The notes: generated by a model from the sequence alone, not told the origin. 64,000 bases of DNA from Candidatus Pacearchaeota archaeon (GCA_017609205.1 JAFCEL010000001.1:86183-150182); one strand, 5' to 3'; shown: positions 37,042-46,732, numbered from the stretch's first letter. Made by a program: numbers and translations.

Positions 37042-38306
37042 TTTCTCCCAGTAAGGACATATTCATTGAACTTAAAAAAACAGGTTCAAAAGAGAGAAGA
37101 ATTCTGAAAGAGATAATAACTCTTCTCAAAGAATTTGAAAATTCAAAAGGAGAAGAAAAAAATATGATTTCTTCTGAATTAACCTCATTAAAAAAAAGGA
37201 TAGAGGAGTATATAAAAGAATACACAAGAAAATTAGAAAGTTTAAAGTTAATAAAAAAATTAGAGAAAAAAAGCAGTTTGGAATTGACAAAACAAGAAAA
37301 AAAACAGAAAGAAAGAAAGAGTCTTCCTTTAGAAAGAGAAATTATAAAAAGATTTGGAAAGAAAGAGAGAAAAGACGCATTTAGAAAGTCCAATAAACCA
37401 AGAGTCTATGTTGAATTTGCAAACAGATTATTTTTTAGATTCTCAGAGAGGCTTATTCAAAAATACCATCTTAAAAACCTCAAGAAGAATCTTGTCAAAG
37501 CAAATATGCAATTTATTCCTGAAAATTATGTTTCAGTTATAATTCTTACAACAATTATTACAATATTTGTAGGGTTCTTTATCTCTCTTTTCTTAATTTT
37601 ATTTGATGTTAGTCTTAGATTTCCTTTTATTTCTTTCACCAAAGAATCCCTCTTAATAAGAATTGCAAAGTATTCCTGGATATTTTTTGTTCTTCCTACA
37701 GCAACAGGTCTCTTACTTTATTTCTACCCATCACTAGAAAGAAAATCAATTGCAAGTAAAATTGATCAAGAACTGCCCTTTGCAACTATCCATATGGCTG
37801 CGATTTGCGAAGCAATATTAAATCCAAAAAGAATATTTCAGATTTTAATAAAGACAGGAGAATATGAGGAATTAAGAAAAGAGTTTACAAAATTATTAAA
37901 TGAAATAAATCTCCACGGAATGAATCTCGTGGCTGCTCTTAGAAATAGCGCTATTAAAAGCCCTAGTTCTAATCTTACAGATTTATTTAATGGGCTTGCA
38001 ACAACTATAACTTCTGGTGGGGAATTAAAAGAATTTTTTGAAAAGCGTTCACAAACCCTCTTATTCGAGCATAAGATAGAAAGAGAAAAAAGCACAAAAG
38101 TTGCTGAAACATTTATGGACATATATATAAGCATTGTTATTGCGGCTCCAATGATATTCATGCTTTTATTAATGATAATGAATATAAGTGGAATCGGATT
38201 AAACCTAACACCCAATGCAATAAGCCTAATAATAATCCTTGGCGTGATAGTAGTTAATATAATCTTCTTAATGTTTATGCAATTAAAACAACCTTCAGAA
38301 CAATAA
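37038..38306 (+). CDS. FlaJ/TadC-type pilus platform membrane protein (first half) with a Lys/Glu-rich cytoplasmic N-extension
   Basis: Multiple TM helices and a GspF-like cytoplasmic segment. Adjacent to the ATPase. Confidence 0.65.
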   Translation: MISPSKDIFIELKKTGSKERRILKEIITLLKEFENSKGEEKNMISSELTSLKKRIEEYIKEYTRKLESLKLIKKLEKKSSLELTKQEKKQKERKSLPLEREIIKRFGKKERKDAFRKSNKPRVYVEFANRLFFRFSERLIQKYHLKNLKKNLVKANMQFIPENYVSVIILTTIITIFVGFFISLFLILFDVSLRFPFISFTKESLLIRIAKYSWIFFVLPTATGLLLYFYPSLERKSIASKIDQELPFATIHMAAICEAILNPKRIFQILIKTGEYEELRKEFTKLLNEINLHGMNLVAALRNSAIKSPSSNLTDLFNGLATTITSGGELKEFFEKRSQTLLFEHKIEREKSTKVAETFMDIYISIVIAAPMIFMLLLMIMNISGIGLNLTPNAISLIIILGVIVVNIIFLMFMQLKQPSEQ

Positions 38307-39122
38307 ATGGAAATCAAAAAGATAAACATAATAGGAATAGTGACAGGAATAGTCCTCTTGGGATGTTCCTTTTTTCTTTTTGGAACCAAATGGTTCTTTC
38401 TTATAATTGGTATAGGAATAATTTCAGGAGTCAGTCCTTTTGTTTATTCTATCATAAAGAGGAATGTAATTGCTTCTGAAAAAGAAGAGATGTTTCTCGA
38501 GTTTATGAGGAATCTTGCAGAGAGTGTCAAAATAGGAACTCCTATCAGCAAGAGTATAGTCAATGTTAGAAAAAAACCATATGGTGTATTAAGCGAAAAC
38601 GTAAGAAAAATGGCAAATCAAATCTTAATTGGAATTCCTCTTAATAAAGCATTAGAAACTTTTGCAAAAGATGTCAAGAATAAAAATATTTCAAGAGCAT
38701 TAAAATTAATTGGGCAAGCAGAGAGAGCTGGAGGAGATATTGGACAAATATTAGAGTCAGTCACGAATGCTGTAACAATCTCTGACAAATTAAGAAAAGA
38801 AAGAAAAGCAGCAATATCTAATCTTGTTGTGCAAGGATATATTATTTTTCTTATTTTTATAGTAATTGTTCTTGTTATGCAATTTAAAATATTCCCGATG
38901 ATAGCGGGAATTACTGGTGCTGGAAACACAGGGGGAGCACAAATAAATGCACAGGAAATTGGAAATTCATTTATTTATCTTATGTTGGTTCAGGGTTTTT
39001 TCAGTGGATTAACAATAGGTAAACTTTCAGAAGGAGATTTTAAGAAAGGAATAAAACATTCATTTGCTCTGATGGTATTAGCATTTATGATATCTACAGC
39101 AGCAAATGTCGTCTTGGGATAA
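38307..39122 (+). CDS. FlaJ/TadC-type pilus platform membrane protein (second half)
   Basis: Starts at the base after the previous stop. GspF-like segment LKLIGQAERAGGDIGQILESV and TM helices. Confidence 0.65.
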   Translation: MEIKKINIIGIVTGIVLLGCSFFLFGTKWFFLIIGIGIISGVSPFVYSIIKRNVIASEKEEMFLEFMRNLAESVKIGTPISKSIVNVRKKPYGVLSENVRKMANQILIGIPLNKALETFAKDVKNKNISRALKLIGQAERAGGDIGQILESVTNAVTISDKLRKERKAAISNLVVQGYIIFLIFIVIVLVMQFKIFPMIAGITGAGNTGGAQINAQEIGNSFIYLMLVQGFFSGLTIGKLSEGDFKKGIKHSFALMVLAFMISTAANVVLG

Positions 39123-39124
39123 GA

Positions 39125-39808
39125 ATGTTAGATAAAAAAGGATCACATATCGGATTTATGCTGTCTTTTTCTATTTTTGTTGTATTTCTAATTTTTGCAT
39201 ATGGAGCAATTAATTATGGACTAAAAAGCCACGAGAATAAAAAGTATGTATTAGAAAACCTTAAGAAAAAATTTATAGATAAAATAGAATCTTCACTAAT
39301 AATCGTCACGCTTTTTGAGAATTCTTCAGGATATAACTGCATCAGTTTAGATGCAAGTAATTTTTCGCAATATAATTATATTGCAAGAAAAGGTGAAAGT
39401 GTAGTTCCATCTTATAAAAACGGAGACATATTAAGAATAGAATATGATGGAAATCCTGCCTTGTTCAAAGTCTATTTTTCAAAAGAAAGATTCAATAATT
39501 ATCCAACGGAAAACTCAGGTTGCACTATCTCTTCTATAAGAAAAATTAGCAAGAAAAAAGAGATTTTTGAAACAAAAATTATCTCCTTGAAAAATAATTA
39601 TAGTATTTTTTATGATAAGTTAAAAGAAGATATGGAATTCCCTTCTGAAAAAGATTTTGGGTTTTCATTTGAATATGAAAATGGAACCACAATAGAAACA
39701 CCAGAAAGAAAGATAACAGGAGAAATTTATATAGAAGAAATTCCAATAAACTATATTGATTTAAATGGTAATTTTTCCAGAGGGAAAATTAAATTAAAAG
39801 TATGGTGA
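39125..39808 (+). CDS. pilin-like/pilus-associated protein
   Basis: DKKGSHIGFMLSFSIFVVFLIFAYG N-terminus. Confidence 0.45.
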   Translation: MLDKKGSHIGFMLSFSIFVVFLIFAYGAINYGLKSHENKKYVLENLKKKFIDKIESSLIIVTLFENSSGYNCISLDASNFSQYNYIARKGESVVPSYKNGDILRIEYDGNPALFKVYFSKERFNNYPTENSGCTISSIRKISKKKEIFETKIISLKNNYSIFYDKLKEDMEFPSEKDFGFSFEYENGTTIETPERKITGEIYIEEIPINYIDLNGNFSRGKIKLKVW

Positions 39809-40281
39809 CGAAAGACAGAGAAAATAAAAGAAGGTTTCTTTTTAATACTCTTTCAGAAGATCGTAGAGCATGGATAAGAATGGTTGAAGCAGTTATTGCC
39901 ATCTCATTAATATCTACCATGCTGATAGTATTTGTCACAGAAGAGAATGTTAAAAAAGATTTTAACTCAAATATTTATAAACTTGAAGTAAATTTGCTAA
40001 GATCTATCGAAAATAATGACGAAATAAGGAATGATATAATCAATATAGAGAATCTTCCTTCTGAATGGAATGATGGAGACTTCCCAACAGGTATTAAAAA
40101 TATGATAAATAACAGCAAACCTAATTACCTAAATTGTAATGCAAAGATTTGTGATATTAGAGATAAATGTGATATTAATGAAGACCAAAAGAAAGATATT
40201 TATTCACGTTCTGTTGGTATTTTTACAAATGAAAGAGAATACAATCCAAGGCAATTGAGGTTATTTTGTTGGGAAGAATAA
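39802..40281 (+). CDS. pilin-like/pilus-associated protein
   Basis: RRAWIRMVEAVIAISLISTMLIVFV N-terminal hydrophobic helix. Overlaps the previous gene. Confidence 0.45.
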   Translation: MVTKDRENKRRFLFNTLSEDRRAWIRMVEAVIAISLISTMLIVFVTEENVKKDFNSNIYKLEVNLLRSIENNDEIRNDIINIENLPSEWNDGDFPTGIKNMINNSKPNYLNCNAKICDIRDKCDINEDQKKDIYSRSVGIFTNEREYNPRQLRLFCWEE

Positions 40282-40307
40282 AACAGAAGTTGGATATAGA
40301 TTTACTT

Positions 40308-42521
40308 TCAACATCCATTCTTCCATTCGGTAATTGCTATTATTAAATCTCTGATAGTGATACTTCCATTTTTCCATTTAGAGATATATCTCACAAGTTC
40401 CCCAATTTCTATAATACCATCCCCATTAATATCAGCGGATGAGCATGAACTTGTATTCCCACAATCAATAGAACAAGCTACAGAAGTTTCTCCACCTTCA
40501 CAAACCCCATCACCACAATTGCTTTCATCATTATCCACTGAATTTGAACAACCTAAATCAGCCAAATCAATCTGTCCATCCCCATCATTGTCAATTTCAT
40601 CGTTGCATTCATATTTCAGTGTTGGAATATTTTCATATGCTCCAATGTCCCAGCCAGAGCCTTGAGGACGGGTTACTCCATCATAATCCTCAAAAACCAA
40701 AGACAGATTCTCCCCTCTATCAATTGCAGGAGAACTCTGGTGAAGATGAAAATCATGCCCCCCAGGATTTACAAATTCAGGATCCACATTTATACTCCCC
40801 TTATCATTTCCAGCAATTATCCACTCACTTGCATTAGAATAGGTAGTCCCATTCTTACTAAAGCCACTCCCAGAATTCCCATAATAAAGATTATTCGAAA
40901 AGTATAGATTACTCGAATTAGCAACGTCTATAACATAATCCCTATTGCCAACAACAATATTATTCTGGAAATACACATCACTTATTCTCCCCTCTGTTAT
41001 ATGAAAAACCCCTCCACTATTATTATAAAAAACATTATTTACTATGTGAAGATTTTTAGTATATTGATCTTCCTCTGTAGCAGAGATACCCATAACAGGG
41101 GCTTGTTGATCATAATTTGCATTATCATAAACGAGATTATTTCTAAAAACAAGGTTATGTACGCTGTCAATTTGTGAGACATAATATAACATATCATAAA
41201 ATTTATTTTGTTCAATAATAACATTATTAAATTTCTCATACCAACCATATCCTCCTTCATCTATTCCAAATCCATAACCATTATGATGGATATTATTTCC
41301 TCTAAGAACAACATTGTCAAAATCCCCATGAATAGTAAATCCATCCCTCCTCATTTGAATATCTTGAATTCCACAATTATATAATTCACTATTTTCCATA
41401 AGGATATTTTTACCATAACCTGCTAAATAAACACAATGACTATAAGCATTTTTTACTGTAAGATTATTAATGTAAAAAAGATTCATTGCAGGGATTTTCA
41501 GAGATGAGATGTTTCCTTCAGCATAACTACCAAATCCTATATGGCGTATATGATTACGGGCATCTACATAAGTATTTTCAACAACACAACCAGAACTAGC
41601 CCAGAATAGAATTTTTCCCATACTATCAATACTGAGATTCCTAATAATAACCTGAACTCCAGGATATCTAAATCCAACAGGATCACCTGATGAATAATAA
41701 CGGGGACTAGCAAAGAGCATTCCTTTCTCAATGTCCAAATCCTCAATGATTATCCCTTTTCCTTCTGCTGTTCCTTCAGTTGTAAAAGAAATATTATTCT
41801 CTTTATTGAGAACTTTCATAAGAGGCTTTTTCCCGATACCATAAGCTCCAATCTTAATATAGTATGGCCCCTCCCTCATCAAACCGTTCAATCTCCATTC
41901 CTTATCATATTCAAATATATCCCCCCTCTTAAATAAAATTTGACTGCCTGACACAATATTAGAAGATTCGTTAATTACTTTTGAAATTGTTCTCCACGGG
42001 GTGTCCTCACTCAATCCATCATTACTATCGTTCCCACTATTTGAGATATAATAGGTTTCTGACATTGCGGGATAATTGAGAACTTCTATATTAATTGAAG
42101 CAAAACCAGTATTCCCTTTATCATCTCTTACAACTAATGTGACATTATATATCCCGGGATTATCAAACCGATGTCCTACCATTATTCCCTTATCTGTCTG
42201 GGGATATTGAGAATTAAAATCCCCAAAATCCCAATCATAACTTACAATTCTTCCAACACTAGATGAACTATTGATAGCATTAAAGAGAACTGTATATGGA
42301 GCTAATCCTTGATTACTGAAAACATCTATTTTAGCATTTATTTTCATTGTTGTTAAATTATACCTTATATCCCCCCCATCTTCTAATTTAGATAAATTTC
42401 CTAACTTATTCCAAACTAAATATCCTGCGAAAAAGCCATCTAGAGCTGCCTCATTTGCAAAAACAAAAATTGCTCCAACCAATAAAAAGATTAAAATCGC
42501 AAAGATAAAACCCTTCCTCAT
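40308..42521 (-). CDS. secreted PKD-domain / right-handed beta-helix protein with a dockerin-like C-terminus
   Basis: Signal peptide. PKD motif YDWDFGD...HRFDNPGIYNVTLVVRDDKGN. Repeated NN(I/L)xxN beta-helix turns. C-terminal DINGDGIIEIGELVRYISKWKNG. Confidence 0.75.
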   Translation of the reverse strand: MRKGFIFAILIFLLVGAIFVFANEAALDGFFAGYLVWNKLGNLSKLEDGGDIRYNLTTMKINAKIDVFSNQGLAPYTVLFNAINSSSSVGRIVSYDWDFGDFNSQYPQTDKGIMVGHRFDNPGIYNVTLVVRDDKGNTGFASINIEVLNYPAMSETYYISNSGNDSNDGLSEDTPWRTISKVINESSNIVSGSQILFKRGDIFEYDKEWRLNGLMREGPYYIKIGAYGIGKKPLMKVLNKENNISFTTEGTAEGKGIIIEDLDIEKGMLFASPRYYSSGDPVGFRYPGVQVIIRNLSIDSMGKILFWASSGCVVENTYVDARNHIRHIGFGSYAEGNISSLKIPAMNLFYINNLTVKNAYSHCVYLAGYGKNILMENSELYNCGIQDIQMRRDGFTIHGDFDNVVLRGNNIHHNGYGFGIDEGGYGWYEKFNNVIIEQNKFYDMLYYVSQIDSVHNLVFRNNLVYDNANYDQQAPVMGISATEEDQYTKNLHIVNNVFYNNSGGVFHITEGRISDVYFQNNIVVGNRDYVIDVANSSNLYFSNNLYYGNSGSGFSKNGTTYSNASEWIIAGNDKGSINVDPEFVNPGGHDFHLHQSSPAIDRGENLSLVFEDYDGVTRPQGSGWDIGAYENIPTLKYECNDEIDNDGDGQIDLADLGCSNSVDNDESNCGDGVCEGGETSVACSIDCGNTSSCSSADINGDGIIEIGELVRYISKWKNGSITIRDLIIAITEWKNGC

Positions 42522-42605
42522 AGGCCAAAAAGAAAGATACCTTTAAATAAATTTTTAAGTATTTCTGATACAGAAAGTTATTAAATTCTATTATCATAAA
42601 AGATT

Positions 42606-43010
42606 ATGAGATTTAAATTCCTAGAACATACAGCAGACATAAAATTCCAAGCATTTGGCAAGAATCTTGAAGAAGTTTTTAAGAATTCTGCTTTAGCTAT
42701 GTTTAATGCAATGTTCAGCGGAAAAGTTAAAGAGAAAATTAGAAAAAAAATAACAGCAGAAGGCAAGGATAACGAGAGTTTGCTTTATAATTTTCTAGAA
42801 GAATTATTGGTCTTATTTGATAGTGAGGGATTCTTCCTTTCGAAGGTTATTAAAGTAAAAATTAAAAAAAGAAAAATAGAAGCAGAAGTTATAGGGGACT
42901 ACGCAGAAAATTACAAAATTCACGTCGATGTAAAAGCGATAACCTACAATGATATGTTCGTTACAAAAATTGGAAATAAATTTGTTGCACAAGTTGTGCT
43001 GGATGTGTAA
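42606..43010 (+). CDS. archease
   Basis: MRFKFLEHTADIKFQAFG N-terminus. Adjacent to rtcB. Confidence 0.85.
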   Translation: MRFKFLEHTADIKFQAFGKNLEEVFKNSALAMFNAMFSGKVKEKIRKKITAEGKDNESLLYNFLEELLVLFDSEGFFLSKVIKVKIKKRKIEAEVIGDYAENYKIHVDVKAITYNDMFVTKIGNKFVAQVVLDV

Positions 43011-43126
43011 AATGAGAGCTTTATCAGTAAAACAGCCACTAGCAAAGTTGATTGTTTTAGTAAAGGTAAAAGATATAAAAATAAAAAAGAGCTTGCTCAA
43101 TTTTGGGAATTTAACTTTTAATTAAA

Positions 43127-44545
43127 ATGGTAGGACTAAAAAAAATCTCTAAGAACGAGTGGGAAATTCCTAAAGAAGGAAAAATGCTTGCTCCTGCACG
43201 AATTTTTGCGAGTGAAAAACTTCTTAAAAAAATCAAAGAAGACAAAACAATAGAGCAGATTAAAAATGTCGCACAACTTCCTGGGATTTTAAAAATATCA
43301 ATTGCGCTTCCTGACGCACACCAAGGTTATGGATTCCCAATAGGAGGGGTTGCTGCCTTTGATTTAGAAAAAGGAATAATTTCTCCAGGGGGGGTTGGCT
43401 ATGATATAAATTGCTCTGTAAGATTACTAAAAACAAACCTAACAAAAAGGGATATCGTTAATCAACAGAAGAAAATTGTCGAGGGACTCTTTAGAAAAAT
43501 TCCATCAGGAGTTGGAAGAGGAAGTAAATTTCAGATTACAAGAAAGGAACTGAATAAAGTTCTAGAACAAGGTGCAAAATACATAGTAGAAAAAGGTTAT
43601 GGAGTTAAAGAAGACTATTTGCATACTGAAGAAGAAGGTTGTATTAAAGGTGCAGATGCGACAAAAGTTTCTGAGAGAGCAATTAAAAGAGGAATCGGAC
43701 AATTAGGGACACTTGGAGCAGGCAATCATTTTTTAGAAGTTCAATTCGTCGATGAGATTTATGACGAAGAGATTGCCAAAGTTTTTGGATTAAAAAAAGG
43801 CGATATTACAATAATGATTCATTGTGGTTCAAGAGGATTGGGTCATCAAGTTGCTTCAGACTACATTAAGTTAATGGAAGATAAATATGGTTTTAAGAAT
43901 TTACCTGACAGAGAACTAGTTAATGCACCAATAAAAAGCGAATTAGGAAAAAACTATTTTGCGGCAATGGCATGTGCTGCGAATTTTGCTTTTGCGAACA
44001 AACAAATAATCACTCACTGGGTTAGAGAAGAAATGAAATATTTATTCCCAAATATAAAGATTGATGTTATTTACGACGTATGCCATAATATCGCGAAGTT
44101 TGAGAATTTTATTATCGACGGAAAAGAACAAAAAGTCTGCGTTCATAGAAAAGGTGCGACAAGAAGTTTTGGTCCTGGAAGAAAGGAGGTTCCGGAGAGA
44201 TATAGGGAAATAGGACAACCAGTAATTATTCCGGGTTCTATGGGAACAGCATCATACTTATTAGTTGGAACAAAAAAAGCAGAAGAATTAACTTTTGGTT
44301 CAACTGCACATGGTGCTGGACGCATCTCTTCTAGAAGCAAAGCAATGAGAGATTTACGAGGAGAAGAAGTGAAGAAGAACTTAAGTAAAAAAGGAATTGA
44401 AGTAAAGTCAGGAAGTTGGAAAGCCCTTGCTCAAGAAGCACCTGAGGTATACAAAGATATTGATGAAGTAATAAAAGTTGTTGATGAAATTGGAATCAGC
44501 AAGAAGATTGCAAAATTAAGGCCTTTAACAGTCATCAAGGGTTAA
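43127..44545 (+). CDS. rtcB: RNA-splicing ligase RtcB
   Basis: GVGYDINCSVRL, GAGNHFLEVQ, HCGSRGLGHQV and GSTAHGAGR. Confidence 0.92.
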   Translation: MVGLKKISKNEWEIPKEGKMLAPARIFASEKLLKKIKEDKTIEQIKNVAQLPGILKISIALPDAHQGYGFPIGGVAAFDLEKGIISPGGVGYDINCSVRLLKTNLTKRDIVNQQKKIVEGLFRKIPSGVGRGSKFQITRKELNKVLEQGAKYIVEKGYGVKEDYLHTEEEGCIKGADATKVSERAIKRGIGQLGTLGAGNHFLEVQFVDEIYDEEIAKVFGLKKGDITIMIHCGSRGLGHQVASDYIKLMEDKYGFKNLPDRELVNAPIKSELGKNYFAAMACAANFAFANKQIITHWVREEMKYLFPNIKIDVIYDVCHNIAKFENFIIDGKEQKVCVHRKGATRSFGPGRKEVPERYREIGQPVIIPGSMGTASYLLVGTKKAEELTFGSTAHGAGRISSRSKAMRDLRGEEVKKNLSKKGIEVKSGSWKALAQEAPEVYKDIDEVIKVVDEIGISKKIAKLRPLTVIKG

Positions 44546-44574
44546 ATTTAAGAATCTCAAATACTAGATAAACC

Positions 44575-45456
44575 ATGGAATCAAAGGAGTCAGGGGGATT
44601 GTTAACAAAACCTCTTATTCTTATAGGCATTATTTTTATTTCTGCAATTGCAGTCAGTGCTTATATAAGCAATCAAAAACATAATTCTGGGAATATTTTA
44701 ATGAATGTTAATGGCCATAAAATGACATTGAAGGAGGCAATTGAAAACAATTTTATTTCTAAAGAAGCAACTCCAGATAAAGATTATACTACCTCGGTTT
44801 TAGTGGGTCATAATGCAAATGAGATTTGGGTTTCTGTCGACGGTAATGAGTCTACATTAGAACAAGCCATCAATGGTGCAGGTCTGTGTGGAAGTTCTAT
44901 TATTACATCTTATTCAAATCCAAAACCAAACCCAGGACATTATGCAGATGAAGTCGAGATTACTATTAATGGGGACACAAAAACATTGCAACAGGCAATT
45001 GACGATGGGGATTTTTGTAATAATTTTGTAAAAGATTGCAAAGCAGATGGCGGCGAAATTGCAGATTGTGGAGGAACTCTGTGTTGTAAATTTAGTGGTA
45101 GTTCTTGTCCAACAGGTCTTGGATGGATTTCAAATGGTTGGAGTGAAAGTTCTGCTCAAACGGTATGTGGATTAGCTAACGTTTATCCAAGTTGCACAAA
45201 ATTCACAGGTAGTTGTCCTACAAGTTGTTGCACAACTAGTTATCATACATGGAGTCATACTATGGTTAGAGAATATTGTTATGCAAGTGGGATGGCAAAA
45301 GGAAATTTACCAAATTGTTGTGAATGCAGTGGTTGTTCGAGTTCTCCTTACAGCTGTGGGGGCGACTGTCATGATGGCACCGCAATTTATCAATGTTGTT
45401 CAGGAACCTTAAGATTAAGTAATAAGCTAGTAAATGTCGGTTGCATAAAATCTTAA
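44575..45456 (+). CDS. membrane-anchored surface protein: triple TLxxAI module plus variable Cys-rich C-domain (paralog of 55253..56098)
   Basis: N-terminal anchor. Contains MTLKEAIE, STLEQAING and KTLQQAIDDGDFC. The C-terminal half has many Cys. Confidence 0.7.
   Translation: MESKESGGLLTKPLILIGIIFISAIAVSAYISNQKHNSGNILMNVNGHKMTLKEAIENNFISKEATPDKDYTTSVLVGHNANEIWVSVDGNESTLEQAINGAGLCGSSIITSYSNPKPNPGHYADEVEITINGDTKTLQQAIDDGDFCNNFVKDCKADGGEIADCGGTLCCKFSGSSCPTGLGWISNGWSESSAQTVCGLANVYPSCTKFTGSCPTSCCTTSYHTWSHTMVREYCYASGMAKGNLPNCCECSGCSSSPYSCGGDCHDGTAIYQCCSGTLRLSNKLVNVGCIKS
44908..45017. repeat. 110-bp near-identical inverted repeat, copy 1
   Basis: 109/110 identical to the reverse complement of 55659-55768. 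Encodes SYSNPKPNPGHYADEVEITINGDTKTLQQAIDDGDF. Confidence 0.9.
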
Positions 45457-45720
45457 TCTGTATAAAAATAGTTTTACAATACACAACTTTACAGAACTAA
45501 TGGTTTATCTTGGAATTGTAGTAATTTTTATGCCTTTACCTAATCCATTTACATTTTTTCTTTTTCTTATTTAATTTCCCTTTATGATATATAGGCCCTA
45601 TTTGGCATTCAGGAATAATGCAAAAAATGACACAATATAAACAAGGGGCATGAACTTCAAATCAATGTACTGATTATGGAACGTATGAAACTTTAAAAAC
45701 CATTTTTTCTTTTTATACTT

Positions 45721-46653
45721 ATGAAACATAAACCAAAGATAACAATAATTCTTCTGGCAATGTTTGTTATTACGCAGTTTATCGGGCTTTATGTTGTGGA
45801 TCATTATTCTAAAACAAAAATTATCGACGGAAAAGTACAGAATGTGTCTGCTCCAGAATTGCCTTTTGGAATGGATACTCCTAGGATAGAGAAAGAAAGA
45901 GACTATTACTCTTTGTTCCCTTTTTTGATAATTGCGTTTGTTATTGCAATATCTTTGTTTATTATCTTTACTAAGTTTAATTTTGATTTTATAATCAAAC
46001 TATGGTTTTTTATTGTGGTGGCTATGGCACTAGGAATTTCATTTAATTCTTTTTTACCTGGAACTCATTATTCATCAATAATTGTCCTAGCAATGGCTAT
46101 TCCTCTTGCATTCATTAAAATATATCAGAAGAGCCTCTTGGTTCATAATCTAACTGAATTGTTTATTTATCCTGGGATTGCAGCGGTTTTTGTTCCAATT
46201 CTAAATATCTACACTGTCATTGTACTTCTTATCTTAATCTCACTTTATGACATGTGGGCTGTATGGAAGTCAGGGATAATGCAGAAGATGGTAAAATACC
46301 AAACAGAAAAATTAAACCTTATGGCTGGGTTTTTTATTCCCCATATTGACAAAAAAACAAAAGAAAAAATAAAAAAGATGAAAAAAACCTTGAGTAAGGA
46401 GAAATTAAAGAAGAAAAGAATAAAAATTAACGTGGCTCTTTTAGGCGGAGGAGATGTGATTTTTCCAATAATAACTGCTGGAGTCATGATGAAAACATTT
46501 GGGTTTTTATCGTCAATCTTTGTTGTAGCAGGAGCGACTCTTGGCTTGGGATATTTATTCTTTTTCTCTGAAAAAAAGAAATTCTATCCTGCAATGCCTT
46601 TTATAACAGCAGGGATCTTTTTAGGAATAATCCTAGGTTGGTTTGTAAGTTAA
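45721..46653 (+). CDS. presenilin/signal-peptide-peptidase-like intramembrane aspartyl protease
   Basis: LYDMWAV (YD), LLGGGDVIFP (GxGD) and YPAMPF (PAL-like), across about 9 hydrophobic helices. Confidence 0.8.
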   Translation: MKHKPKITIILLAMFVITQFIGLYVVDHYSKTKIIDGKVQNVSAPELPFGMDTPRIEKERDYYSLFPFLIIAFVIAISLFIIFTKFNFDFIIKLWFFIVVAMALGISFNSFLPGTHYSSIIVLAMAIPLAFIKIYQKSLLVHNLTELFIYPGIAAVFVPILNIYTVIVLLILISLYDMWAVWKSGIMQKMVKYQTEKLNLMAGFFIPHIDKKTKEKIKKMKKTLSKEKLKKKRIKINVALLGGGDVIFPIITAGVMMKTFGFLSSIFVVAGATLGLGYLFFFSEKKKFYPAMPFITAGIFLGIILGWFVS

Positions 46654-46732
46654 TATCTCAGACCCATAATGTTCTCACTTTATAAAAGTAACAAATAGAA
46701 AGATTTATAAAAGAGTATTTCTGTGAATTATT

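Noticed and set aside
40357-41746. Several 60-100-aa ORFs overlapping the beta-helix gene on either strand
   Set aside because: They overlap a well-supported 737-aa secreted protein and show no motifs.
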